From NCBI GenBank assembly GCA_965238225.1, contig OZ250183.1, positions 1,184,001-1,248,000 on the forward strand: a DNA stretch of 64,000 nucleotides. Reading direction: 5' to 3'. The position numbers and the translations under genes were made by a program. Numbering within the stretch: position 1 is the first letter of the stretch; every line of letters starts with the position of its first letter. The notes under the pieces are model-generated. The model made no database searches. It saw nothing but the letters and a program-made list of their open reading frames with translations, and was not told the origin of the DNA. Positions 1-9,931 of the stretch are shown piece by piece. The DNA is from Gammaproteobacteria bacterium (GTDB lineage: Bacteria; Pseudomonadota; Gammaproteobacteria; Eutrophobiales; Eutrophobiaceae).

Positions 1-242
1 AGAGATATGGGGATGTAAATTGAAAAAAATAGTTCTTTGTTTAACTGCTTTTATTTCTAGCAGGCGTACGCACAAAAGCGAAATGCCTGCCCCCGTATCT
101 TCCAATCAGCTTTACCTAACTCGTTTAACAGCGAGCAAGCCAAGAAGGAGCTTAGCTATTGCCTGGTATCTCCATCCTCTTTCGGATACTAGGCTTTCTT
201 ATTCCAGAGTGAACTTCTCCTAAAAACTGAAGTTCTTTGTCA

Positions 243-277
243 TACACCAAATCTGTAAAGGTTTGGTGTATTTTTTT
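243..277 (+). terminator. Rho-independent terminator between the short + strand ORF and convergent orf21
   Basis: TACACCAAAT...GTTTGGTGTA stem followed by a T7 run. Confidence 0.6.
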
Positions 278-285
278 GTCACGCT

Positions 286-900
286 TTAATAGGTGATGGC
301 TTTCAAGTATTTTTCTGGCTCATCGTTTGTTTTAAGTACATACTGCAAGGTATCTATATCATTCTTATCAAGCCACCATATTCCCGACTTTGATTTTTTT
401 AAGAATACCGGAAAGTCTTTATCTATCATTTCAGATTCAGACAGCGCTCTTGAATTCAGTTTATTTAAGCTTAAAGACTTAATCAGCAGCACATGTTTAG
501 CATTTAGGCGGCCTGCCAACCAAAGCGCTAAGCTATCTGAAGTTAAATTCCAATTTTCAGATACATCCTCACACGTATTAATCATTTTGAAAGGTAACCA
601 TACAGGCACTTGGTTTAGGCTGATGGCTTTTTTTATTCCTTCAATAGAATCTGCAAGAATAAGGCTCGGCGCGTAAGATTGTAGTAAATGTGCATATTGC
701 TCCATCGCCAACAAAGCCATTTTATGAGCGGTTTTGTGATTAAATTTCCATTCTTGTTGTGCATCACGAATATGGTCTGAAAATATGCCTGCGCCGGAAA
801 CGATAAGCAGTTTGCCTGCGCCAAACTCAGTAATCATTGAAAGCCATTCCTTCAAGCTTCCTGACGATAATAAACTCCCGCCAAGTTTAACTACCCACAT
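286..900 (-). CDS. orf21: Amino-acid-kinase family protein of H4MPT/methylofuran clusters (Orf21, MfnE-like)
   Basis: MWVVKLGGSLL start, AHxMALLAMEQY and TSDSLALWLA motifs; lies downstream of pabB; start trimmed to ATG at 900. Confidence 0.75.
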   Translation of the reverse strand: MWVVKLGGSLLSSGSLKEWLSMITEFGAGKLLIVSGAGIFSDHIRDAQQEWKFNHKTAHKMALLAMEQYAHLLQSYAPSLILADSIEGIKKAISLNQVPVWLPFKMINTCEDVSENWNLTSDSLALWLAGRLNAKHVLLIKSLSLNKLNSRALSESEMIDKDFPVFLKKSKSGIWWLDKNDIDTLQYVLKTNDEPEKYLKAITY

Positions 901-2275
901 GTTTGGATTTTTCAGATTCAAATAACGCAAACAGTGCGGCGGCTTTGTCAAAACATTCCTGATACTCAGCATCCAGCCGTGAATCTATTACAATCCCTCC
1001 GCCTGCCCAACAATACATTTTGTCTTTATGGTGCACCATTGTACGGATAATAATATTGCTATCCATATTGCCATCAAAACCAATATACGCCATTGAACCA
1101 CAGTAGATACTGCGCCTGTGCGGTTCGAGTGTTTCAATAATCTCCATGGCACGTAATTTTGGTGCACCCGTGATAGAGCCTCCGGGAAAACAACCACGCA
1201 ATAAATCCAGAGTATGATATTTATCTGCCAATTGTCCAATCACAGTGCTTACTAAATGATGTACCTTAGCAAAACTCTCTAATGCAAATAATTTGGGCGC
1301 AGAGATACTGCCATAGCGACATGATTTCCCGATATCATTACGCAGAAGATCGACAATCATCAAGTTCTCTGCGCGATCTTTTTCACTCTCAAGTAAATCT
1401 TCGCTCAGCGCTTGATCTTCGTAAATATCTGTTGAGCGTCTTCGCGTGCCTTTTATAGGTTTGCTTTCAACCAAACCATTATCGACTTTCAAAAACCGCT
1501 CTGGTGACGTACTTAATACTGCGCCTTCAGGTATCCTGAAAAACCCACTATAAGGAGCGGGATTTAATGTTCGCAATTTTAAATATGCAGCCCATGGATC
1601 ACCAGAAACATCAATTGAAAAACGCTGTGCCAGATTTACTTGATAGCAATCACCTTCTCTAATGTAATATTTAATTTTATTAAAGGCGCGTGCATAAAAT
1701 GCTTCATCCATATTCGGATGGAGCTCAGAGAGCACTTCAAATTTCTGTTTATTTGACTCTGTTTTTATCTGAAAAAGATTTTGTAGTTCATTCCATTCGT
1801 CAAATGTTTTTTCGTCTTTTCCATAAGCTGTCAACCATGTTCTACGTTGTTGATGATCCGTCACCAAGACCCAGTCGTAAATTCCAATGGCCATATCGGG
1901 CATAGCAATATCATATTCAGAAATATCAGGTATTTTTTCAATTCCGCGCCCAAGGTCATAAGCAAAATAACCCATGGCTCCCCCAGCAAAAGGGACGGTT
2001 GAAAGCCTAGATTCATTTTCTCCAAGAATTGATTTTACGATTGAGAATGGATCTTCATAAGAAGATTCACATTTGCCACTGGCATAAGATATTTCTGTTT
2101 CTCGCGCAAAGGTCTTTAAGGTAATATAAGGGCGTGCAGAGATAATATCATAGCGTCCAAGATCAATGTACGGGTAAGCACTATCTAAAAAAATACTCCA
2201 GGCTTCGCCTGCAATATGGGAAAATATCTCTGCAGAATTACGACAATAAGGCAATTCAGTTAATCTAAATGTCAA
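887..2275 (-). CDS. pabB: Aminodeoxychorismate synthase component I (supplies pABA for methanopterin/folate)
   Basis: GDCYQVNLAQRF, SPERFL, KPIKGT, KDRAENLMIVDLLRND and FPGGSITGAPK motifs; probable TTG start overlapping the orf9 stop. Confidence 0.93.
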   Translation of the reverse strand: MTFRLTELPYCRNSAEIFSHIAGEAWSIFLDSAYPYIDLGRYDIISARPYITLKTFARETEISYASGKCESSYEDPFSIVKSILGENESRLSTVPFAGGAMGYFAYDLGRGIEKIPDISEYDIAMPDMAIGIYDWVLVTDHQQRRTWLTAYGKDEKTFDEWNELQNLFQIKTESNKQKFEVLSELHPNMDEAFYARAFNKIKYYIREGDCYQVNLAQRFSIDVSGDPWAAYLKLRTLNPAPYSGFFRIPEGAVLSTSPERFLKVDNGLVESKPIKGTRRRSTDIYEDQALSEDLLESEKDRAENLMIVDLLRNDIGKSCRYGSISAPKLFALESFAKVHHLVSTVIGQLADKYHTLDLLRGCFPGGSITGAPKLRAMEIIETLEPHRRSIYCGSMAYIGFDGNMDSNIIIRTMVHHKDKMYCWAGGGIVIDSRLDAEYQECFDKAAALFALFESEKSKHVGS

Positions 2276-3309
2276 TGAAGCAATCTCGCTATTTGCGCGA
2301 CAGAAACAGCCGTAGCGCAACTTAGCGCTTTATATTTTTCCTGTTTTGGACAGGTCAATAACTCTGTAAAATCTACATATTCCAAATTATTGATTCGTGC
2401 TAATTTCTTAATCAAAAAAGAACCTGCTCCTGCGCCAACTAAACAATGACTTTTATGGCGTGATAATACCTTCAATAATGATTCGTTAATTATTTCCAGA
2501 TGTGAGGCGGCAATGTGTTTGGATATCTCTACAAAAGAATTAATGTTTTTTTCATCCTGAAGATCAAGACCAACCATTCTTGCCAATCTCCTTGCGCTAT
2601 CGCATGGTGTTTTACCTGCGCCATCCGCAGTCTCTAGTATATCATCTTGCTCATTGAGTTCGCTGCTCAATCGGTAGATATCTGCCATCGTAGAAAAATT
2701 CTCAGCAGCAATGCTTTGCCATTGCCCATCATAAAATATTTTATTAACAACGGCCATTACAGGCGTTCTGATAACACCAGTATAAATAAGTTCGTTATCA
2801 CGTAATCTTTCATGGTCAGTATAAGCGATATTAAACAACTGCTCTGATGCAAAAGGGATAATGTCTGTTGTCGTACTGCCAATATCAATCAATACACCCG
2901 CATCAATATTTTGCGCAACGAAACTGGCTGTTGCATGCCAATTGGCTGATGCAATATCAGTGATATAAGAATTTGCTTTATTAGACTCGATTAATCCACT
3001 ATTGCCTGCGTAAATCTGGAAGTTTTCCTTGTCAAAATAATGCTCAAGAAATCCGGTTAATTCTCTGACACCAGATTTCCTGCTCTTGAAGATATCTGCC
3101 AATTCCGCTGTCATTGTAATTGCGTGCATTAAAGATCCTTCAGTAATCTGATTGCACATTTCTGACATTGCATTTTCTAAATTGCCTAAACCTTTCCATA
3201 TAGGTGTCGCTAATTGCTTAACAAAATTTACAGCGCCAACATGGTCAATCGATGCCATTTTTAAATGTGCACCACCGATATCCCAACCAACATATGTCTT
3301 AGACGACAT
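2272..3309 (-). CDS. orf9: Hydantoinase/oxoprolinase-family H4MPT-linked C1 protein (Orf9, MfnF-like)
   Basis: GWDIGGAHLK, TMTAELADIF, ASANWHATA, LIDIGSTTTDI and YTGVIRTP motifs. Confidence 0.85.
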   Translation of the reverse strand: MSSKTYVGWDIGGAHLKMASIDHVGAVNFVKQLATPIWKGLGNLENAMSEMCNQITEGSLMHAITMTAELADIFKSRKSGVRELTGFLEHYFDKENFQIYAGNSGLIESNKANSYITDIASANWHATASFVAQNIDAGVLIDIGSTTTDIIPFASEQLFNIAYTDHERLRDNELIYTGVIRTPVMAVVNKIFYDGQWQSIAAENFSTMADIYRLSSELNEQDDILETADGAGKTPCDSARRLARMVGLDLQDEKNINSFVEISKHIAASHLEIINESLLKVLSRHKSHCLVGAGAGSFLIKKLARINNLEYVDFTELLTCPKQEKYKALSCATAVSVAQIARLLH

Positions 3310-4309
3310 TTATTTTTTCTAACAGTAAATTTACAGGTAAAAAATCTTTTTTATTAATCTCAGGAACAGCTCCATTTTGCCAGACAGACAAAATTAATTT
3401 TGCAGGATTTAATGCTAAAGATTCTCTTAGCCCAACATAGGAAGTTGTTAATCTAGGATTAATTTCTACGACTATAGATTCAGTCTCAGTGACTATTAAG
3501 TCAACGCCAATATATCCTCGTAGACCTTCATCTGCTTTAGCAATATTCTGTGCGACTGAATTAAACACTGCCCATTGCTCCGGCAATCCATTGACGATAA
3601 TTTCTTTTAATTTTCCTTCTTTAACTTGGTTTTTTGAATTGAAAACAAATATCTGTTTATTACATGCGAGCAATAAAGCGCTTCCATGGTAACAAATCAT
3701 TGAAAGGCTTGCTGAAATACCAGATATATATTCCTGAACTACAAAATTTTCTATATAAATTAAGTCTTTTAATTTATTTATATCCTTTATATCAGTACAA
3801 AAATAACAATCTTCTGCGCCGACTCCATCATCAGGTTTAATCACCCAGCCATTTTGGTTTTCTAAAATAGTTTTGTCTTTTAATAGTGTTGTTTCTATGC
3901 AGGATATTTTGTTTTTAAATAATAGATTTTTTGTTTGTAATTTGCTGCTTGCAGTCTGCACAGATGTTGAAGGACTTCCTAAAATAGTACAGCCCGCCTG
4001 TTCTGCCATTAATGTTAAGTTAAATAAAATATTTTCACTCTCAGGCGCAATGATTAAGACGGTATCTGCAGAAGCCATGCAAGATTTCCAAGTACTGTAG
4101 ATATCTTTTTCTAGAACGATTTGTTTTACAGGGAGTGATAGGAGCCGAAGACGAGCATCGCGTGTCGTAATAATGTCTGTAATGCCCATTTCCAGAAAAT
4201 CTTTTAACACGGCTACAAGCATCATATCGCCTTCTATGGCCAAGCTATCAGGCAATTCTCTGTCTTGCATGCCGCCACCCGTGATAAACTCACAAACAAA
4301 TAAACTCAT
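3299..4309 (-). CDS. ATP-grasp protein, tyramine-glutamate ligase (MfnD)-like (Orf1)
   Basis: VCEFITGGG, EGDMML, IAPE, KPDDGVGA, GVDL and EINPRLTTSYVGL motifs; alternative ATG at 4330. Confidence 0.8.
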   Translation of the reverse strand: MSLFVCEFITGGGMQDRELPDSLAIEGDMMLVAVLKDFLEMGITDIITTRDARLRLLSLPVKQIVLEKDIYSTWKSCMASADTVLIIAPESENILFNLTLMAEQAGCTILGSPSTSVQTASSKLQTKNLLFKNKISCIETTLLKDKTILENQNGWVIKPDDGVGAEDCYFCTDIKDINKLKDLIYIENFVVQEYISGISASLSMICYHGSALLLACNKQIFVFNSKNQVKEGKLKEIIVNGLPEQWAVFNSVAQNIAKADEGLRGYIGVDLIVTETESIVVEINPRLTTSYVGLRESLALNPAKLILSVWQNGAVPEINKKDFLPVNLLLEKINVV

Positions 4310-4322
4310 AAAATATCTTCTT

Positions 4323-5027
4323 ATGGACATTATTCCTGTTATTGATATTTGCCAAAATCAAGCTGTCCATGCTATCAAAGGACAGCGGGGAAATTATCGT
4401 TTACTACAGACACCTTTTTGCAATAGTCATGCTCCTTGTGACATTGTACAAGCCTTCATTGATAAATACCCATTTGAAACAATTTATATTGCTGACCTTG
4501 ATGCTATCCAAGGCATTAAAGATAACGAACAACTAATTGAACAATTACTAGATAAATTTCAGGAAGTATTATTCTGGACTGATCAAGGCATATCTTCAAC
4601 AACCGATCTGAAAATTCAGTCACGTAGGCAACATGTCATCGGTAGCGAAACAAACATATCTCCTGAGATGCTCGGCGAGATGATTACAATAGAACCGGAA
4701 ATCATTCTTTCTTTAGATTTCCAAATAAAAACTTTTCTTGGTCACCATGGTCTATTGCAAAAAATAGATCTGTGGCCGGATAGAATTATCATTATGAGCC
4801 TATCGCAAGTTGGCTCAAATAAAGGACCAGATTATAAATTGATTACCGATATACAAAAAATAGCAGGAAATAGAAAGATATTTGTCGCAGGCGGTGTGCG
4901 AAATGAGGATGATCTATATTCATTAAAAGATATGGGTATTGATGGTGCGCTAATAGCAACTGCATTACACACCCAACAGATAACACCTGACATTCTTAAT
5001 AAAATTTGCAAAAAAAATGCCCCATAA
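4323..5027 (+). CDS. orf17: HisA/HisF-related TIM-barrel protein of H4MPT clusters (Orf17)
   Basis: MDIIPVID..AVHA..G.R..Y, YIADLDAI, VGS..GPD, AGGVR and ATALH motifs. Confidence 0.85.
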   Translation: MDIIPVIDICQNQAVHAIKGQRGNYRLLQTPFCNSHAPCDIVQAFIDKYPFETIYIADLDAIQGIKDNEQLIEQLLDKFQEVLFWTDQGISSTTDLKIQSRRQHVIGSETNISPEMLGEMITIEPEIILSLDFQIKTFLGHHGLLQKIDLWPDRIIIMSLSQVGSNKGPDYKLITDIQKIAGNRKIFVAGGVRNEDDLYSLKDMGIDGALIATALHTQQITPDILNKICKKNAP

Positions 5028-5040
5028 ACGGGGCATAAAT
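5010..5040 (-). terminator. Rho-independent terminator downstream of fae
   Basis: Minus strand reads ATGCCCC-GTTTAT-GGGGCAT followed by a T run; overlaps the orf17 stop. Confidence 0.7.
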
Positions 5041-5099
5041 AATAAAACTATACTGCAAGACAGCTTAAGATTATTTTTATATATATTTAACTACATACT

Positions 5100-5612
5100 T
5101 TAATCATGCGCGGCGAAAGGATGTCCTGCAGAACCGCGTTTACTCAATACTTCAGAAGCTTTTGGTTCGCGAGCCACAGCACGTTTGATTGAAAGCTTGG
5201 TAGCTTCATAGTTATAGTCCTGAATCTTAACATCATCATCAGCTTCCCAGTGAATGAATACACCAACACTAACAAAGATATCATCAGCTTCGTTGGCTGG
5301 AATAGTACCGTCTTCAACACAATCCATAACCGCCATAGCAACAGCACGCTGCGCAGGACCAAACATTTGAACAGCTTGCTTAGCACCTTTGATGGTTACT
5401 TTATTAAAAAGAATTGTATTAGGCTTGCAAACAAGGTTTGGGGCAACAACAGCCAATAGAGTGCTGAAACCATCTTTATTGTTTGTCAGCGCGTTACAAA
5501 AAGAGGTTTCTGCAGCACTTCCGCGAGGACCCATCATCAGATCAATATGGGCAACTTCGTTACCATCGCCAACCAATGCTTCACCAAGTAATACCTTGTC
5601 AATAACCGCCAT
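5100..5612 (-). CDS. fae: Formaldehyde-activating enzyme; a second in-frame start at 5663 would add 17 aa
   Basis: [42 protein letters not shown] and VFIHWEA motifs; GGAGGAGGT Shine-Dalgarno before ATG 5612. Confidence 0.96.
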   Translation of the reverse strand: MAVIDKVLLGEALVGDGNEVAHIDLMMGPRGSAAETSFCNALTNNKDGFSTLLAVVAPNLVCKPNTILFNKVTIKGAKQAVQMFGPAQRAVAMAVMDCVEDGTIPANEADDIFVSVGVFIHWEADDDVKIQDYNYEATKLSIKRAVAREPKASEVLSKRGSAGHPFAAHD

Positions 5613-5762
5613 TTTCTTACCTCCTCCAGCTAGAAAGCCAAACAGTTTTCCAAGTATCGACATGTCTGTTTTCCTGATTTTAAGTAGTTTAACAATATTG
5701 AGGATAGCTCCCCATACCCAAATAAACTGACGCACAGGCAAATGCCTGTAACACCAACAATC

Positions 5763-6620
5763 TTATAAATTTGCACTTTTCAAACGGTAAACCAGAAGGC
5801 TTGCAGCAGTTAAGTCTGCGTGGGTTCCTGGATTAATACCTTTTTGTTTTAGTGTCCTGTCAAATTCTACCAATAGCTCAGTCATCTCTTCCGGATGATT
5901 CCTAGTCTGCAATTCCCGAGCAATAGGCACTGCATTTATTCTTGTTTGTTCAGCAACCTCATCGCCATATTTGCGCCTGATATGAGAATCAGGAAACCGA
6001 GCCATAAATTCCATATAGCAGACTGCAGATGCCCATTGTACATTATCCCGCCGCAGTGAAAAGTCCTTTATACACTTAAATCCCGTGGAAAATATATCCG
6101 CGAAGTCTGTAACATACTGTTTTGCAATCAAGTCCCTGTTTTGTGCGGCTGTCATTGCCAATTTCAAGGTAATATTGCCCTTCAATTTTTTATTCACATC
6201 ATATTGCTCACACGCACCCAGCCCCCCAGGATTAGCATGGCTAATGGCTCTGAAGATACAGTCCGTATCCTTTGTGTCCAGTGCCTGCAACACCATTGCC
6301 AGATTCAAATGCAGTGATGAAACCCCAAGCTCTGCAGCTCGAACTAAGGGGGCAAATAATAGCAACATCCCCAGATTGGTATTGCATCCAACCTCGGATA
6401 TCGTCATTTTCACACTTTCTAATATACGCTCTCCCACTGACAATGATGTATTACACAATATTGGGCTGGTTAATTCTGCGCTTTTAAGAAAATCAGTCAC
6501 TGTCATGTCGTGACCTTCGGAATAAAAACTGACGTTCCCGGGTTTCAAAGCATGCACCTCTGAGATGAAACTATTCATCACTACATCCTGAAATCTAGAT
6601 GCTTGGCCAAGACGTGCCAT
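5763..6620 (-). CDS. orf7: CitG-like triphosphoribosyl-dephospho-CoA synthase family protein (Orf7)
   Basis: EVxALKPGNV, NTNLGMLLLFAPL, PDSHI.RKYG and NPGT.ADL motifs. Confidence 0.85.
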   Translation of the reverse strand: MARLGQASRFQDVVMNSFISEVHALKPGNVSFYSEGHDMTVTDFLKSAELTSPILCNTSLSVGERILESVKMTISEVGCNTNLGMLLLFAPLVRAAELGVSSLHLNLAMVLQALDTKDTDCIFRAISHANPGGLGACEQYDVNKKLKGNITLKLAMTAAQNRDLIAKQYVTDFADIFSTGFKCIKDFSLRRDNVQWASAVCYMEFMARFPDSHIRRKYGDEVAEQTRINAVPIARELQTRNHPEEMTELLVEFDRTLKQKGINPGTHADLTAASLLVYRLKSANL

Positions 6621-6625
6621 ACGCT

Positions 6626-7546
6626 TTAGGACAAAACGGTAAGCGAATTAGCACTGCCAAGGCGATTGACCATGGCATTAATTAAGCTTGATGCAATATT
6701 AAATTCCGTATGTTTTTGTAGTCCTTGCCATGCAGGAATACTATTTATTTCAATAACTTGAAGATTACATTTAACGTCAGATATTAAATCAATTCCGGCA
6801 TAATCTACACCAACAGCTGTTGCAGCTGCTTCTGACAGTAAGCGCAGGCTGGGATACAGTGTCAGTGCCTCACATTGTGCGCCTTGTGCACGATTAGTCA
6901 GCCAGTGTGTGTTGCGTCGTAACATTGCAGAAACTGCTTTATTATCAATTACTAACACTCTAATATCAAATGGATTATTATGACCACAATCAACATAAGA
7001 CTGCAAATAATAAACACCTGCAAATGTTTCTTCATGTCTTAGGCTCGTTTTTGAGTCAAGCAGTTGTACGCCAATGCCTTGTGAGCCAAAAAGTGGTTTT
7101 GAAACCAGTTTTCTCTGCTTTTTACATTCTTGCTGATAAATAAATTCAGCTTTTTCTTTTGATTCACATACCCATGTATTTGGTGTAGGAATGTGTGCTT
7201 TTTTAAGCAAAAGACTGGTCATGGCTTTATCGACTGTTCGCTCAATACTGCGCGGGTTGTTGTACACGACAATACCCATTTCAGATAAAGCATGTAAGAT
7301 ATTTAATCGGAATATTACCTGTTCAAGCGTACCGCCCGGTACACCTCTTACAAAGACAGCTAAAGGGTCTTGTTCAAACCCAGGGAGTTTAATTTTAGTG
7401 CCAAATTTACCAATATCTATATGGCAATCTGTAAGCGAAATATACTGACTGGTCAATCCATGCGTAGTCAATGCTTCTTTTAACTGACCTCCGTGCCAAG
7501 CAGGCTCATCTGTAACTATTGCAACTTTTGGTGTTATATCAGCCAC
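6626..7546 (-). CDS. orf5: RimK-family ATP-grasp glutamate ligase (Orf5/MyfA, methylofuran polyglutamate synthesis)
   Basis: GGTLEQVIFRL, IERTVDK, KPLFGSQG, TNRAQGA and EINSIPAW motifs; directly downstream of mch. Confidence 0.88.
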   Translation of the reverse strand: MADITPKVAIVTDEPAWHGGQLKEALTTHGLTSQYISLTDCHIDIGKFGTKIKLPGFEQDPLAVFVRGVPGGTLEQVIFRLNILHALSEMGIVVYNNPRSIERTVDKAMTSLLLKKAHIPTPNTWVCESKEKAEFIYQQECKKQRKLVSKPLFGSQGIGVQLLDSKTSLRHEETFAGVYYLQSYVDCGHNNPFDIRVLVIDNKAVSAMLRRNTHWLTNRAQGAQCEALTLYPSLRLLSEAAATAVGVDYAGIDLISDVKCNLQVIEINSIPAWQGLQKHTEFNIASSLINAMVNRLGSANSLTVLS

Positions 7547-8531
7547 ATTTACTGCTGAATGATTTATCTAATAATGCCAAATCAATTTTTCCAGCATGGA
7601 AAGTATTGCCACTGTCCATTGCAGTCACAGCAACTCTGGCGGGGCCAAACAGCATAGGATCAATCTTATAAAAATCATATGCCATATCCTTAAGCGCCTC
7701 ACCAAAAAGTTTTCCACAATCATTTGATATATTACTTGGTAAATTATTTGCTAATTCTTCGGTCTCTTTATCGTTTGCCTGTACAAATAAATGAACTTGA
7801 CCAGCAAATAAAATGGCATCGTTAGTGCGGCTTATTGCTGTTAGAAAATCTTTCCCCGGCGGGCAAATAGGTGCACTGCCAGCGCCATCAACGACCTTAG
7901 ACAAATTAAAACCCAGCACATAAACTTTATGTAATGCGGTTTCCAGCACCCTAGAGACAATTTGAACACTGCCACACAAGCTTGATGTTGGCGTGATGAT
8001 TAAGGTCAATTTATCTGCAGAGATAGCACACATTTCGGCAATCTTATACGCGATTTCAACAGGGGGGATGCTGTCAGATTCTATGACCAAGCATGTTGAT
8101 TCAGTTTTATCCTTGTAGCCAAGTTCATCAAACAATTTTTCCTTACTCCCCACTGCACGGCCAGGCCCAGACCCCAACACATTATAAACACCCTCACCTT
8201 CGCCATGAGAAAGATTCCAGCCAGCATATTGGCTCGCCAAACATGAAATAACCGGATGCGATGTGTGAACATCTACATGCCAGAACCAATTTTTAAAATC
8301 GGTTGATGCACGAAGTTTGACGCTACCCAAGCCGCCTAAACAGATTTCTGAAATTAAACGTCCCGCCTCGAGCCCGCCTCTGACATTGATTCCGGCATCT
8401 ATAACTGTTGTACCGCTATCTAATTTTGAGATGCCTAAGCGCAGGGCATCGGCATTATCAACTAAAGATTGCACAATAGATGCGCTTAAAGTATTAACGC
8501 TAGGGAAATCGCTATTATTCAGTGTCGACAT
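7539..8531 (-). CDS. mch: Methenyl-H4MPT cyclohydrolase
   Basis: GGLEAGR..EICLGGL, CLASQYAGW, GSGPGRA, RVLETALHK, RTNDAIL and DFYKIDP motifs. Confidence 0.95.
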   Translation of the reverse strand: MSTLNNSDFPSVNTLSASIVQSLVDNADALRLGISKLDSGTTVIDAGINVRGGLEAGRLISEICLGGLGSVKLRASTDFKNWFWHVDVHTSHPVISCLASQYAGWNLSHGEGEGVYNVLGSGPGRAVGSKEKLFDELGYKDKTESTCLVIESDSIPPVEIAYKIAEMCAISADKLTLIITPTSSLCGSVQIVSRVLETALHKVYVLGFNLSKVVDGAGSAPICPPGKDFLTAISRTNDAILFAGQVHLFVQANDKETEELANNLPSNISNDCGKLFGEALKDMAYDFYKIDPMLFGPARVAVTAMDSGNTFHAGKIDLALLDKSFSSKCG

Positions 8532-8764
8532 TAAGGGCTTATCTGCTTATCTTGATTGGGTGGTTTAAATATTTTTTATGATTGATTTATCATTTTAAGA
8601 AATTCTCATTAGAATTCTGATTCTCTAAAGTGTCCTCGTTATAAATAGCTAAATTGCCTAGAATATCTTATCCCTCACTTCCTTATCTTCAAGCCTTAGC
8701 TTTAAAGTCAATGACCACTCATCATCATTTTGACTGTAAATCTTACCAATTATTACGTCAAATA

Positions 8765-9931
8765 CTATACTGCTGTGAATGACAGCCCCAATAACGCGCT
8801 TTGTCTCGCAAATCTCTTCATTAACTGTGCTTTGGCATCCTTTTCATCAATGCCTTCTGCATGTACTGTACAAACAGGCTCGCCTTGTGCGATGCGCGTG
8901 CCTTGCTTTGGTCTATCAGTGACCCACTTAGGCCACGCTAGTTGCGGTATTACAATACTTCTCTTCGCATACAATACCCGAAGCGCACGCGATATATCTT
9001 GATTTAGCACAGGCGCTGTGACCGTTCCACTAAAGGCGGCCAGATGCTCGCTAAATAGGCCGTTTTCGTTTTCATATAGCTCAAACGTTGCCGTAGGGCG
9101 TGGATTTACTTCAAGAATAGAATATTGTCCTGATTTTTCAACAATAAAATCCAGACTGCACAGACCTTTTATTTTAAATAATACAACCAATCGTTGAATG
9201 GCATCAATCACATTTTGACGCAATTTATCCGCCAAGTTTATATTTGAAACCGCACCAGAAAATCTAAAATCACTGCCCTCCTTGCATACCCATGTTTCGT
9301 TAAAGCCGAGCACGCACGATGACATCCCATCGGCAAGAAATGTTACTGAGCAATTCTTTCCTCTTAACCAAGCTTGCAAATAATTGGCGGGTGTTAGTAG
9401 CTTATCATTTTTGTAAGGCTTAATATGACACCCGCCGATCCCACCTACTGCCTTAATTAGAAAGTTATCCTTAGTTGCATGATTCTGAACTACATCATCT
9501 GTACCAGCAAAATATACTGGGTAAGGTAATGCTAATTCTTGCAGTTTTTTGAAAAAAATATTGGGATTTCTTAGCTGCCTGACAACACTAGAATGATTGC
9601 CTATCACTATAAATCTTTGTTCTAATTGCATCAACACATCCGGACATTCCTCAAACCCGCTGCCAATAAACACACTGAGCTTAGGATTATTTTTTGTGTA
9701 TTTATTAACAAGCTTGATTAATGTATCAGAATTATTTCCACCGCTAAATCCAGAGACAGCATTGCTTGAGCATGTATCTTTTACAGTGTCTTCGTCTGCA
9801 AAAAGATCAATGACATGCGTATCAATCCTTGCACGTTTCGCTGATCCGGCTAAGGCGCGACCAGATTGTGAAATGATCAGGTATTGTTTATTTTTCTGTA
9901 TACCCCTGCGCAATCTTGAAGGCCTCTTCAT
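8765..9931 (-). CDS. orfY: ATP-grasp protein OrfY (MyfB-like); true start probably slightly downstream
   Basis: SGRALA.SA, ID.FAD.D, GSGFE, LEVNPRPTAT, W.TDRP and GEPVCTV motifs; lies between mtdB and mch. Confidence 0.85.
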   Translation of the reverse strand: MKRPSRLRRGIQKNKQYLIISQSGRALAGSAKRARIDTHVIDLFADEDTVKDTCSSNAVSGFSGGNNSDTLIKLVNKYTKNNPKLSVFIGSGFEECPDVLMQLEQRFIVIGNHSSVVRQLRNPNIFFKKLQELALPYPVYFAGTDDVVQNHATKDNFLIKAVGGIGGCHIKPYKNDKLLTPANYLQAWLRGKNCSVTFLADGMSSCVLGFNETWVCKEGSDFRFSGAVSNINLADKLRQNVIDAIQRLVVLFKIKGLCSLDFIVEKSGQYSILEVNPRPTATFELYENENGLFSEHLAAFSGTVTAPVLNQDISRALRVLYAKRSIVIPQLAWPKWVTDRPKQGTRIAQGEPVCTVHAEGIDEKDAKAQLMKRFARQSALLGLSFTAV

